Below, piece by piece: positions 6,580 to 15,637 of a stretch of DNA of 15,637 nucleotides. Numbering within the stretch: the first letter of the stretch is position 1; every line of letters begins with the position of its first letter. The DNA is from Myxococcota bacterium (GTDB lineage Bacteria > Myxococcota > SpSt-1050). Both the position numbers and the translations under genes were made by a program. The DNA is taken from the NCBI GenBank assembly GCA_049969675.1, contig JBMFOP010000072.1, positions 1 to 15,637 on the forward strand, read 5' to 3'. Under the pieces are notes generated by a model that had not been told where the DNA came from, made no database searches, and saw nothing but the letters and a program-made list of their open reading frames with translations.

Positions 6580-7721
6580 TGACGCTTGAAGAGAGATTAA
6601 ATCAGGTTAAGAGAGAGAATGAGATCCTGCTCAATATGGGTCCGCAGCACCCATCCACACATGGGGTTATTAGATTTATCATACGTGCTGATGGGGAGAT
6701 TATGGTGGAGGCACTCCCTGTGGTAGGATATCTGCATAGGGGGATTGAGAAGCTTGCTGAGATGACGCCGTATACAGGGTTTATTCCCTATACCGATAGA
6801 GTGGATTATCTGGCTGCAATGTTTGCAAATCATGCATTTGTAATGGGGGTGGAGAGGCTGCTCGGTATTGAGGTGCCGAAACGGGCTGAATATCTGAGAG
6901 TGATTGCATGTGAACTGAACAGAATTGCCAGCCATCTGATAGCATTGGGTTCAATGGCTATGGATATAGGTGCATTTACACCATTTTTGCACGGTTTGAG
7001 AGAGCGGGAATTGATAAATGATATTATGGAGATGCTCTGTGGGGCGAGACTCACCTACAACTATATGAGGATCGGTGGTGTCTCAAATGATATTGACGAT
7101 AAGATAATAAGGAAGATAAATGACTTTCTGAATAGATTCTATCCCGGTTTTATTGAGGAGTTCAACAGACTTATTACCAACAATGAAATTTTGGTAAAGA
7201 GGTGTATTAATATTGCAACCATCTCATCAGAGGAGGCAATCAATTTTGGACTTGTAGGACCAAACCTGAGGGCGTCCGGGGTAAAGTGGGATTTGCGGAA
7301 AAATATGCCCTATTCTGTATACCCTGAATTCAAATTTGATATCCCTGTTGGGAAGGGATTTAGAGGTGAGCTCGGCGATAGTTATGATAGATTTGTGGTA
7401 AGAGTGATGGAGATGGAGGAGAGCGCAAAGATATTGAGGCAGGCAATATCAGCTCTCCCCGAGGGTGAGATAATGGCAAAGGTGCCGAGGAGGATTAAAC
7501 CACCGGCTGGTGAGGTCTACTCGGCGGTAGAGAGTGCGCGGGGTGAACTCGGGTATTATATCATTTCGGACGGGACCGAGAACCCTTATAGATGTAAGAT
7601 TCGGACGGGCTCCTTCTCGGCTATGAAGGCAATTCATATTAAATCGCAGGGGTGCTTTATTGCAGACCTTGTGGTGCTTATAGCAAGTATGGATATTGTG
7701 GCACCGGAGATTGATAGATAA
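6579..7721 (+). CDS. nuoD: Complex I subunit D (quinone-reducing)
   Basis: [43 protein letters not shown] and C-terminal EIDR. No NiFe CxxC motifs. ATG 6579 overlaps the nuoC stop (TGATG). Confidence 0.96.
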   Translation: MTLEERLNQVKRENEILLNMGPQHPSTHGVIRFIIRADGEIMVEALPVVGYLHRGIEKLAEMTPYTGFIPYTDRVDYLAAMFANHAFVMGVERLLGIEVPKRAEYLRVIACELNRIASHLIALGSMAMDIGAFTPFLHGLRERELINDIMEMLCGARLTYNYMRIGGVSNDIDDKIIRKINDFLNRFYPGFIEEFNRLITNNEILVKRCINIATISSEEAINFGLVGPNLRASGVKWDLRKNMPYSVYPEFKFDIPVGKGFRGELGDSYDRFVVRVMEMEESAKILRQAISALPEGEIMAKVPRRIKPPAGEVYSAVESARGELGYYIISDGTENPYRCKIRTGSFSAMKAIHIKSQGCFIADLVVLIASMDIVAPEIDR

Positions 7722-8926
7722 TGTTTGAGTTGACTTCAAAATTGTTGGATTATTCAGGCATATCATCAGATTATTTTGTAATATTGCTTGTAGTCATCTT
7801 TTTCATCTATGGATTGATTGCTCTCACATTCGGTTCGCTCTTTGCCGGTGTCACAAGCTGGTATGAGAGGAGAATCGCCGGCAGGATGCAGAGCAGAATT
7901 GGTCCAAACAGAGTAGGTTTTCAGGGGTTCTGGCAGTGGCTTGCAGACGGACTTAAGTGCTGGTTCAAAGAGGATATAATCCCATTAAATGCCGATTCCG
8001 TTCTCTTTAGAATTGCACCATACCTTGTCTTTACCGGTGTTCTTGCTACATTTGTTGTCCTGCCATTCTCACCGTCCTTTGTAGGCTCTGATATGAATGT
8101 AGGCGTAGTATATCTGATTGCAATTACCGCACTTGTAGTGGCTGGAATACTTATGGCTGGTTGGGCAAGTAATTCCAAGTGGACACTTCTGGGTGGTATA
8201 AGGTCTGCGGCTCAGATGATTTCCTATGAGATACCTGTTGCGCTATCTCTCATATCCGTCATAATCCCAGCAGGGACTCTCTCCCTTCAGAAGATCATTC
8301 AGTCTCAGGGTGGGGCTCCATATAATTGGTATATCTTTCACAATCCGGGCACATTTATTGCCTTCTTTATATATTTTACATCTGCACTTGCAGAGGGGAA
8401 CAGGACACCATTTGACCTCCCGGAGGCGGAGAGTGAACTGGTCTCAGGTTATAATACAGAGTATTCGGGTATGAGATTCCTCTTTTTCTTATTTGCTGAA
8501 TGGATGAATCTCTATGTAATAGGGGCAATTGCAACGGCAATATTCCTCGGTGGTTGGAGAGTTCCGGGTATATCCTATGAGGTTCAACTCTCAAGTATAT
8601 GGCTTGAGCTTCTGGGGTTTGCAATATTCCTGTTTAAGGCACTTATTCTTGTAAATGTCATTATCTGGCTCAGATGGACACTCCCGAGACTCAGAATAGA
8701 CCAGTTAATGATTATGTGTTACAAGTATCTGATTCCTATAAGCGTCTTGATGATAATTATTTCAACACTTTTTACATTGATATTTTATGCAATTCCAATT
8801 TTGGGATTGGGCACAAGGATAATATTGTTTTTATTGAGTCTTGTAATCTTTGCATATTTTGTGCATAGAGTTTATTACAATATCAGATATTTCCCGGATA
8901 AGGCATATTTTAAGTGGATGATATGA
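7721..8926 (+). CDS. nuoH: Complex I subunit H
   Basis: ERRIAGRMQSRIGPNRVG, ADGLK..KED, AQMISYE, NRTPFDLPEAESELVSGYNTEYSG, RWTLPRLRIDQL. Starts in a TAATG overlap with nuoD. Confidence 0.96.
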   Translation: MFELTSKLLDYSGISSDYFVILLVVIFFIYGLIALTFGSLFAGVTSWYERRIAGRMQSRIGPNRVGFQGFWQWLADGLKCWFKEDIIPLNADSVLFRIAPYLVFTGVLATFVVLPFSPSFVGSDMNVGVVYLIAITALVVAGILMAGWASNSKWTLLGGIRSAAQMISYEIPVALSLISVIIPAGTLSLQKIIQSQGGAPYNWYIFHNPGTFIAFFIYFTSALAEGNRTPFDLPEAESELVSGYNTEYSGMRFLFFLFAEWMNLYVIGAIATAIFLGGWRVPGISYEVQLSSIWLELLGFAIFLFKALILVNVIIWLRWTLPRLRIDQLMIMCYKYLIPISVLMIIISTLFTLIFYAIPILGLGTRIILFLLSLVIFAYFVHRVYYNIRYFPDKAYFKWMI

Positions 8927-9501
8927 TGGAGATTAGAGAGTACCTTTCAAATATCAGAAATTCTGTGGTCTCAATATTTGAGGGGATGGCTGTCACATTC
9001 TCGTGGATGTTCAGGCGTCCGCATACCGTCCAGTATCCCGATAAAATTGAGAAGGATAAGGAACTTATTCAGAATAGATTTAGAGGGCTTCTGGAGGTAG
9101 ATTTGAGTATCTGTACAGGGTGCCTCGCCTGTCAGCGGGCATGCCCGATTGGTGTAATTATGATTGAGGTGAGCAGGGGGACTGAGAGATATATCACCAG
9201 ATTTGATATAGATGCAGGTAAATGTATGTATTGTGGACTCTGTACAGAGAGTTGCCCGACTGGAGCAATCAGACATACGAAGGAGTTTGCATTTTCAACC
9301 TATGACATCAGGAAACTAATTTTGCACTATGTAAATGAACCTGTAAAGCCATATAAACCTCAGAAGGAGACAGTTCTGAATCTTGAGAATTCGGGGAAGT
9401 TTGTGGCTGAGATAGTAAAGGGGCGTGAGAGTGAATATAAGAGATATATCGTACCACAATTGAATCTGGAAGATAGTTCAGGGTCAAAGGAGAAGGTTTA
9501 A
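8923..9501 (+). CDS. nuoI: Complex I subunit I (2x[4Fe-4S])
   Basis: TVQYP..RFRG, CTGCLACQRACP and CMYCGLCTESCP. ATG 8923 forms an ATGA overlap with the nuoH stop. Confidence 0.95.
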   Translation: MMEIREYLSNIRNSVVSIFEGMAVTFSWMFRRPHTVQYPDKIEKDKELIQNRFRGLLEVDLSICTGCLACQRACPIGVIMIEVSRGTERYITRFDIDAGKCMYCGLCTESCPTGAIRHTKEFAFSTYDIRKLILHYVNEPVKPYKPQKETVLNLENSGKFVAEIVKGRESEYKRYIVPQLNLEDSSGSKEKV

Positions 9502-9502
9502 T

Positions 9503-10003
9503 ATGCCTCTCTTCAAGTTGTTATTCTATATCATATCACTTGGGATAATAGGGCTTGCATTCATTACTGCGATATCAAAGAATATTGTCAGGTCTGTCTT
9601 TGCCCTCTTAGGGGTTATGATAGGTGTTGCCTGCCTCTATGGAATTCTGGGTTCAAGCTATCTTGCAGTGATTCAGATAATGATATATGTGGGCGGCATA
9701 ATGGTCTTATTTATCTTTGCGGTGATGTTTACATCTAAAATTGAGGATGTAAATGTCACCAATCGTTCACTGGGGAAGATTCAGGCCGTAATCATTAGCC
9801 TTGCAATATTTATAGTGCTTGCATTTATTATTCTCACTTATCCATTTGAAAAGGGTGCAGTTTCAGAACACCAGAGTATAGAGAGAATCGGAAAGGTTAT
9901 CTCTACCGACTATCTGCCATTTTTAATCGGGATTGCGGTGATACTCCTTGTCTCGCTCATCGGGGCGATAACAATTGCAAGGCCTAAAAAGGAGAGTGAG
10001 TGA
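9503..10003 (+). CDS. nuoJ: Complex I subunit J
   Basis: Five hydrophobic segments; QIMIYVGGIMVLFIFAVM motif; canonical position in the operon. Confidence 0.95.
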   Translation: MPLFKLLFYIISLGIIGLAFITAISKNIVRSVFALLGVMIGVACLYGILGSSYLAVIQIMIYVGGIMVLFIFAVMFTSKIEDVNVTNRSLGKIQAVIISLAIFIVLAFIILTYPFEKGAVSEHQSIERIGKVISTDYLPFLIGIAVILLVSLIGAITIARPKKESE

Positions 10004-10004
10004 T

Positions 10005-10313
10005 ATGGAACTAAATCTACAGGAGATATTGCTGGTTGCGGCATTCCTATTCTCAACAGGTATATTTATCATTCTCACTAGACAGAATGCAATTGCCATC
10101 CTTATGGGGGTGGAACTGATACTCAATTCGGTAAATATAAATTTTGTGGCATTTGATAGATTCCTCTTTGAGAGGATAGATGGGAATATCGCCGCTATTG
10201 TCAATATTATGCTTGCCGCTTCAGAGGTGGCGGTTGCGCTGGCGATAGTTATAAGTATATTTAGAGGTCTTAAGACCATTGAGGCAGATAAACTTGATTC
10301 ACTTAGAGGCTGA
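10005..10313 (+). CDS. nuoK: Complex I subunit K
   Basis: LMGVELILNS and AASEVAVALA carry both conserved Glu. ATG 10005, 1 nt after the nuoJ stop, is preferred over TTG 9975. Confidence 0.95.
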   Translation: MELNLQEILLVAAFLFSTGIFIILTRQNAIAILMGVELILNSVNINFVAFDRFLFERIDGNIAAIVNIMLAASEVAVALAIVISIFRGLKTIEADKLDSLRG

Positions 10314-10314
10314 T

Positions 10315-12396
10315 ATGGAGAATCTACTACTATTGATACTGATTCTTCCACTTTCTGGGGCGTTGATTAATGGGACAATTGGATATTTCATACAGAAGAG
10401 ATATGGAGGTGAGACAAACGGTATAATAGCAACATCCACAATCTCGCTCTCGTTTTTGGTTTCGCTCTATCTCTTTATTGAATTACAGGGCATAAAACCT
10501 CTGGATAGACAAATAATTCTCAATCTATACAACTGGATATTTGCAGGGAGTATCTCTTTTGATTTTGAACTGGTAATGGATCCCCTCTCTGCTGTGATGA
10601 TGCTCGTGGTCAGTGGTGTGGGTTCGCTAATTCATATATACTCTATTGGATATATGCACAACGATAAGAGCCAGTGGAGGTATTTTGCCTATCTAAATCT
10701 CTTTGCGTTTTCAATGCTCTTACTGGTGATGGCTAACAATCTGCTACTTATGTTTGTTGGATGGGAGGGGGTAGGACTCTGTTCATATCTATTGATAGGA
10801 TTCTGGTATCAGGAGCTGGATAAGGCATCTGCGGGGATGAAGGCATTCATTACAAATAGAATAGGAGACTTTGGTTTTTTAATAGGGCTCTTCTTCTTAA
10901 TATGGGGAATAAATGAGAGTCAGGAGAGCCATTCTGTAATCTCTCTCTCTTTTTCACACCTAAAAGAGATCTCCGAATCACTTGCGGATGTCAATTTTCA
11001 TAATATTGCCCTCCCAACCATCGTAGGGCTCCTCTTCTTCGTTGGGGCGACAGGGAAGTCTGCACAGCTCCCACTGTATGTCTGGCTCCCCGATGCAATG
11101 GCAGGTCCCACTCCAGTCTCTGCACTGATTCATGCAGCGACGATGGTAACTGCTGGGGTATATATGATTGCGAGGCTAAATTTTATCTATGTGCACTCTC
11201 CGGTTGCACTGACAGTGGTCGCCCTTGTGGGTGCGATTACCGCCCTTTATGCCGCCACAATGGGTTTTGCACAGACAGATATAAAGAAGGTCCTTGCATA
11301 CTCAACTATCTCACAACTCGGATTTATGTTTGCAGCAGTCGGTTCTGCAGCATTTGTCGCCGGAATCTTCCATCTTATGACACACGCATTTTTCAAGGCC
11401 TGCCTCTTTTTGGGGGCTGGCTCTGTTATTCATGCAATGAGTGGTGAACAGGATATCAGAAAGATGGGTGGCTTGAAAGATAAGATACCTATAACTTATT
11501 ACACATTTCTCATAGCCTCACTTGCGATCGCTGGTCTGCCCGGGTTATCCGGATTCTTCTCAAAGGATGAGATCTTATACAGGTCATTTATGAGTGGAGA
11601 TGGCTTCGCCGGGGCCGCTGGCTATATTGTCTTTGTACTCCTTTTAATCGCCGCACTATGCACGGCATTTTATATGTTCAGGCTGGTATTTATTACCTTC
11701 TATGGAGGTGAGATTCGCTCTGATGAGAAGGTAGTTCATCATATCCACGAATCACCGAAGACGATGACAGTGGTTCTTATTGCACTTGCATTCCTATCCA
11801 TTATAGGCGGTTATATTGGGCTTCCAGAGATATTTGGAGTTCATTCTGCCTTGGAGGAATTTCTGTCTCCCATATTTGAGGAGTCGTCTAAGAGATTGAA
11901 TATCCCTGCTTCTCATAGCGCGGAATGGATTATAATGTTACTCTCAATAACTGCCGCTGTAATGGGAATCTTTGCTGCATATAAAATTTATTACAAAAAT
12001 GGATATGAGGGTGCAAGGCCAATAAGAGAGAGAATCATGAAGATACACTACATCGTTGAAAACAAATATTTTGTGGATGAGATTTATAATTTGATGGTGA
12101 TTGAGCCAGCGAAGGTTCTCTCATACCTTTTATCACTCTTTGATAGATATATAATTGACGGGATTGTAAATCTCTTCGGAAGGGTAACAGTAATCTTTTC
12201 CAACTTTGACGGAATAATTGATAAATATGTGGTGGATGGTCTGGTCAATCTCGTGGCTCAGGGGATTAAGTTTATAGGTGATAGATGCCGCACACTTCAG
12301 ACCGGAAGAATACAGGATTATGTCTATATAATGGTAACAGGAGGATTTTTGGGTATAATCATACTCAGAATATTTAACTACTTTATAGGGAAATAA
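10315..12396 (+). CDS. nuoL: Complex I antiporter-like subunit L with extended lateral helix (693 aa)
   Basis: GWEGVGLCSYLLIGFW, NRIGD, GKSAQLPLYVWLPDAMAGPTPVSALIHAATMV, DIKKVLAYST, GFFSKD, LQTG. ATG 10315 after GAGG. Confidence 0.96.
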   Translation: MENLLLLILILPLSGALINGTIGYFIQKRYGGETNGIIATSTISLSFLVSLYLFIELQGIKPLDRQIILNLYNWIFAGSISFDFELVMDPLSAVMMLVVSGVGSLIHIYSIGYMHNDKSQWRYFAYLNLFAFSMLLLVMANNLLLMFVGWEGVGLCSYLLIGFWYQELDKASAGMKAFITNRIGDFGFLIGLFFLIWGINESQESHSVISLSFSHLKEISESLADVNFHNIALPTIVGLLFFVGATGKSAQLPLYVWLPDAMAGPTPVSALIHAATMVTAGVYMIARLNFIYVHSPVALTVVALVGAITALYAATMGFAQTDIKKVLAYSTISQLGFMFAAVGSAAFVAGIFHLMTHAFFKACLFLGAGSVIHAMSGEQDIRKMGGLKDKIPITYYTFLIASLAIAGLPGLSGFFSKDEILYRSFMSGDGFAGAAGYIVFVLLLIAALCTAFYMFRLVFITFYGGEIRSDEKVVHHIHESPKTMTVVLIALAFLSIIGGYIGLPEIFGVHSALEEFLSPIFEESSKRLNIPASHSAEWIIMLLSITAAVMGIFAAYKIYYKNGYEGARPIRERIMKIHYIVENKYFVDEIYNLMVIEPAKVLSYLLSLFDRYIIDGIVNLFGRVTVIFSNFDGIIDKYVVDGLVNLVAQGIKFIGDRCRTLQTGRIQDYVYIMVTGGFLGIIILRIFNYFIGK
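12142..12297 (+). repeat. Diverged 78-bp (26-codon) tandem repeat within the NuoL amphipathic helix
   Basis: DRYIIDGIVNL starts at 12142 and DKYVVDGLVNL at 12220. DNA GATAGATATATAATTGACGGGATTGTAAATCTC vs GATAAATATGTGGTGGATGGTCTGGTCAATCTC. Confidence 0.85.
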
Positions 12397-12405
12397 GAGG
12401 TAAAT

Positions 12406-13929
12406 ATGGACTTTATTTTATCACACATCCTGACACTGATGACATTTATCCCTTTGATTGGGATGGTGCCTGTCGCCCTTATCCCTTCCAGATATCCGCA
12501 ATATATCAAATACCTTTCTGTGGGGATAAGTGCGGTGGTCTTTCTCCTCTCTCTACTTATGTATGCATACTTTGATAGGGAGAGCACTCAGCTTCAATTT
12601 GTTGAGCACTATGTGTGGATAAGGGCATTTAATATTGAGTACTTTATGGGGGTTGATGGACTTAATGTATCGCTCGTAATTCTGACTGCGCTGATATCCC
12701 TTATTGCCTGCATTGCCTCTCTCGGGATTGAGAAGAAGGTAAAGGGATATTTTGCGATGTTTTTGCTTTTGATGACTGGTATGATGGGGACATTTGTGGC
12801 ACTTGACCTCTTCCTGTTTTATATATTCTGGGAGGTAATGCTACTCCCTATGTACTTTCTGATAGGGATCTGGGGTGGACCACGGAAGGAATATGCAGCC
12901 ATAAAGTTCTTCCTGTATACGCTGTTTGGTTCGGTGTTGATGCTGATCGGTATTATTGCATTGTATTATAATTCTGAACCCACCACTCTTGTGGATGGAA
13001 CTTCAGCATCGCACACATTTAATATAATGAAGCTCACCTTTGAAAATAACTTTTCAAATAAGGCACCTCTGCTCGGAATCTCATTTGCAAAGTTTGTATT
13101 TGTCCTCTTCTTTATAGGATTTGCGATAAAGATACCGATGTTTCCATTTCACACATGGCTGCCGGATGCACATGTTGAAGCGCCCACACCGATATCTGTT
13201 ATACTTGCAGGGATACTCCTTAAGATGGGCATATACGGAATTTTGAGAGTCAACTACCAGATTCTGCCCGAGGCTACTCTCTGGTCCGCACCGGTCGTTG
13301 CAATCTTCGGAGTTATTAATATTGTATATGCGGCATTTGTGTGTATGGCTCAGGAGGATTTAAAGAAGTTGATAGCGTATTCATCTGTAAGTCATATGGG
13401 ATTTTCTCTTCTGGCTATGAGCTCATTCTCAGAGGCGGGGATCTCAGGCGCAGTGCTGCAACTCTTTACCCACGGTGTTATCTCCCCGATGCTCTTCCTG
13501 ATTGCAGGTGTAATCTACGACAGGGCACATCACAGAGAGATCAATAAGTTTGGAGGGCTTGCCAATATTATGCCAGAGTATTCGGCATTTACGGGGCTTG
13601 CATTTATGGCATCGCTCGGGCTCCCCGGACTTGCTGGCTTTGTAGCAGAGGCACTCTGTTTTATTGGGGCATTCTCTACATATAAATTAATGACGGTAAT
13701 CGCAGCGACCAGCGTGGTAATAACTGCTGCATATTATCTCTGGACGATGCAGAGAGTCTTTTTAGGACCCATAAACCCCCGATATCTCGGCTACAAAGAC
13801 CTGAATTTAAGGGAGAGATTTACTCTCTATCCGCTTGCACTTATCATTGTGGTTCTTGGAGTATATCCCATGTTAATCCTTGATATAATAAATCCAACGA
13901 TTTTCCAGTTGATTCACTCCATCAGGTAG
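12406..13929 (+). CDS. nuoM: Complex I antiporter-like subunit M
   Basis: FYIFWE, KFFLYT, IKIPMFPFHTWLPDAHVEAPT, LLKMG, DLKKLIAYSS, GFVAE; GAGGT RBS. Confidence 0.96.
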   Translation: MDFILSHILTLMTFIPLIGMVPVALIPSRYPQYIKYLSVGISAVVFLLSLLMYAYFDRESTQLQFVEHYVWIRAFNIEYFMGVDGLNVSLVILTALISLIACIASLGIEKKVKGYFAMFLLLMTGMMGTFVALDLFLFYIFWEVMLLPMYFLIGIWGGPRKEYAAIKFFLYTLFGSVLMLIGIIALYYNSEPTTLVDGTSASHTFNIMKLTFENNFSNKAPLLGISFAKFVFVLFFIGFAIKIPMFPFHTWLPDAHVEAPTPISVILAGILLKMGIYGILRVNYQILPEATLWSAPVVAIFGVINIVYAAFVCMAQEDLKKLIAYSSVSHMGFSLLAMSSFSEAGISGAVLQLFTHGVISPMLFLIAGVIYDRAHHREINKFGGLANIMPEYSAFTGLAFMASLGLPGLAGFVAEALCFIGAFSTYKLMTVIAATSVVITAAYYLWTMQRVFLGPINPRYLGYKDLNLRERFTLYPLALIIVVLGVYPMLILDIINPTIFQLIHSIR

Positions 13930-13943
13930 AGGGGTATTGTGCT

Positions 13944-15401
13944 ATGCTGAATCATCTCCTCCCATATCTTCCAGAACTTATAGCATTTGTATCAGGGATC
14001 ATATTGCTATTTATATTTTCCATAAAAAGATTTAGTTTTGATGTCATCTCCTCAATCTCATTTCTGGTACTTATATTTATTCTTATTATCTCTGTAATAT
14101 CTTCGCCAGAGGATGTTATCAGTTCTTCTCATCTCTTCTCGGTAAGCAGTTTCTCAATATTTTTCAGGATAGTAATCATCCTCTCTATTATTCTGACATT
14201 CTTATTCTCCAGCAGGGCACGAGAACTTCCAGATAGAGTGGCACAGGAATATTCACTGATGTTGTTCCTGTTTTTTATTGCAGCATCATTTATGGTTATG
14301 GCAGAGAATCTGCTTGCACTTTATATCTCAATGGAGATACTCTCTCTCATATCCTATGTCTGTGTCTCTTTTGATCTTGAACGGAGTCGCTCACAGGAGG
14401 CCGGAATTAAGTATGCAATATATGGTGCAGTTGCCTCTTCATTAATGCTATTCGGTATTTCATATATTTATGGAATTACAGGTAGCCTGAACTATTCTGA
14501 AATTTCTACAAAGCTCTCTTCATTGAACATAAATAATGAACCTGTCTACCTTATGATACTCATTGTAACCCTGATGATTTTTGGCGGTCTCTTTTTTAAG
14601 CTGGCTGCATTTCCATTCTATGCGTGGTCTCCTGATGCCTATGAGGGAGGACCAACTCCATTTGTGGCACTCTTATCAGTCGGTTCAAAGGCAGCGGCTC
14701 TCGGTGCCCTTATCAAGGTAATGACATCCATCTTTGTAAAGTCCTCACACTTCTCTCAGGATAATGTGGTAATAATCCTGGGGGTCGTCTCCATACTTAC
14801 AATGACTCTCGGCAATCTGATGGCAATTAACCAGAATAACTTAAAGAGACTTCTTGCCTACTCTTCTATTGCACACGCTGGATATATGATTATGGCTCTA
14901 TCAGCGGCTGATACCAATGCAATAAATGCAGTAAAATTCTATATTGTTGCATATCTCCTGATGAACCTTGGTGCATTTTACTGTGTACAGACGCTCGCAG
15001 ATAGGACTGGAACAGAGGACATAGAAGTCTTCAATGGTCTATCCAGTCGCAGCCCTTATCTCGCGGGGATGTTCACCATATTCTTACTTTCTCTTACTGG
15101 CATACCACCGTTTGTTGGCTTTGTAGGGAAATTTTATTTATTTGCAGTTATAATAAATAAAGGTGGCGGATTCTACTATATTCTGGCAATTATCGGGGTC
15201 TTAAATTCAGCCATTTCACTCTACTATTATGCACGGATTATAAGGGTTATGTATCTGATTGAAGGGAGCGATGAAACATTTGTATTTGACTCTGTGAGAA
15301 GATATACTCTCGGTATTCTCGGTATTGCCACAGTTCTATTCGGTGTATATTTCTCACCCATTTTGAGATTCATAGAGCACTTCAACGGGATTTTGAGATA
15401 G
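13944..15401 (+). CDS. nuoN: Complex I antiporter-like subunit N
   Basis: MEILS, EAGIKY, FKLAAFPFYAWSPDAYEGGPTP, KRLLAYSSIAHAGY, GIPPFVGFVGKF, YYYARII. Confidence 0.96.
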   Translation: MLNHLLPYLPELIAFVSGIILLFIFSIKRFSFDVISSISFLVLIFILIISVISSPEDVISSSHLFSVSSFSIFFRIVIILSIILTFLFSSRARELPDRVAQEYSLMLFLFFIAASFMVMAENLLALYISMEILSLISYVCVSFDLERSRSQEAGIKYAIYGAVASSLMLFGISYIYGITGSLNYSEISTKLSSLNINNEPVYLMILIVTLMIFGGLFFKLAAFPFYAWSPDAYEGGPTPFVALLSVGSKAAALGALIKVMTSIFVKSSHFSQDNVVIILGVVSILTMTLGNLMAINQNNLKRLLAYSSIAHAGYMIMALSAADTNAINAVKFYIVAYLLMNLGAFYCVQTLADRTGTEDIEVFNGLSSRSPYLAGMFTIFLLSLTGIPPFVGFVGKFYLFAVIINKGGGFYYILAIIGVLNSAISLYYYARIIRVMYLIEGSDETFVFDSVRRYTLGILGIATVLFGVYFSPILRFIEHFNGILR

Positions 15402-15459
15402 TTCCTATTTTTAGGACTTTTACACTGCCCCCAATTCCTAACTTAATATTTGCTTCACC

Positions 15460-15480
15460 AACCACAAAGTGGTTTGTTTT
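15460..15480 (+). terminator. Weak candidate intrinsic terminator after nuoN
   Basis: AACCAC-AAA-GTGGTT hairpin followed by TGTTTT, about 60 nt after the nuoN stop. The stem is short. Confidence 0.3.
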
Positions 15481-15558
15481 ACCAACCGACTTTATAGTTT
15501 GTCCAAAGATACCGAATTACTCTCTATATAAGGATATAATAAAAGGACAGAGCGTTTA

Positions 15559-15632
15559 TCCATATTAAGCCAGCCTTCTGTGTTTTTGTTTGATGAAATA
15601 ATTTCACCCTGCTGAGGCTTCCATATTAAGCC
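15559..15632. repeat. 13-bp exact direct repeat TCCATATTAAGCC, two copies 61 bp apart
   Basis: Copies at 15559-15571 and 15620-15632. The second lies in a small inverted repeat GGCTT-N7-AAGCC. Confidence 0.7.
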
Positions 15633-15637
15633 CTAAC

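Noticed and set aside
6579..7721. Group 4 [NiFe]-hydrogenase large subunit
   Set aside because: RxCxxC and DPCxxC are absent (DRVDY and DIVAPEIDR instead), and NuoB has the tandem CC of complex I.
6597..13547. Short track ORFs overlapping nuo genes (6597-6935, 6830-7054, 7449-7766, 7921-8178, 8376-8624, 8674-8868, 8971-9276, 9923-10351, 12378-12587, 13341-13547)
   Set aside because: They overlap well-supported conserved genes and show no independent evidence.
15559..15637. CRISPR array
   Set aside because: Only two copies with 13 matching bases, no third copy one period upstream, and no cas genes in the window.

Overview
AT-rich bacterial DNA. The Cys-rich lipoproteins with acidic linkers suggest a myxobacterial/deltaproteobacterial-type host, but that is inference only. 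Left arm (minus strand): two paralogous, very Cys-rich lipoprotein genes, a 58-aa overlapping small ORF and the 5' part of an amino-type (N4-C/N6-A) DNA methyltransferase that runs off the window edge. Divergent from these are tRNA-Pro(TGG) and an RlmD-family m5U RNA methyltransferase. A ~500-bp intergenic region holds a long imperfect inverted repeat abutting a strong RBS and a 33-aa ORF. The rest is a tightly packed 11-gene complex I operon, nuoABCD-HIJKLMN, with no nuoEFG. Main observation: the NuoL lateral amphipathic helix carries an extra 26-residue tandem repeat, the signature described for '2M' complex I variants with a fourth antiporter subunit, yet this operon has only one nuoM and no room for a second.
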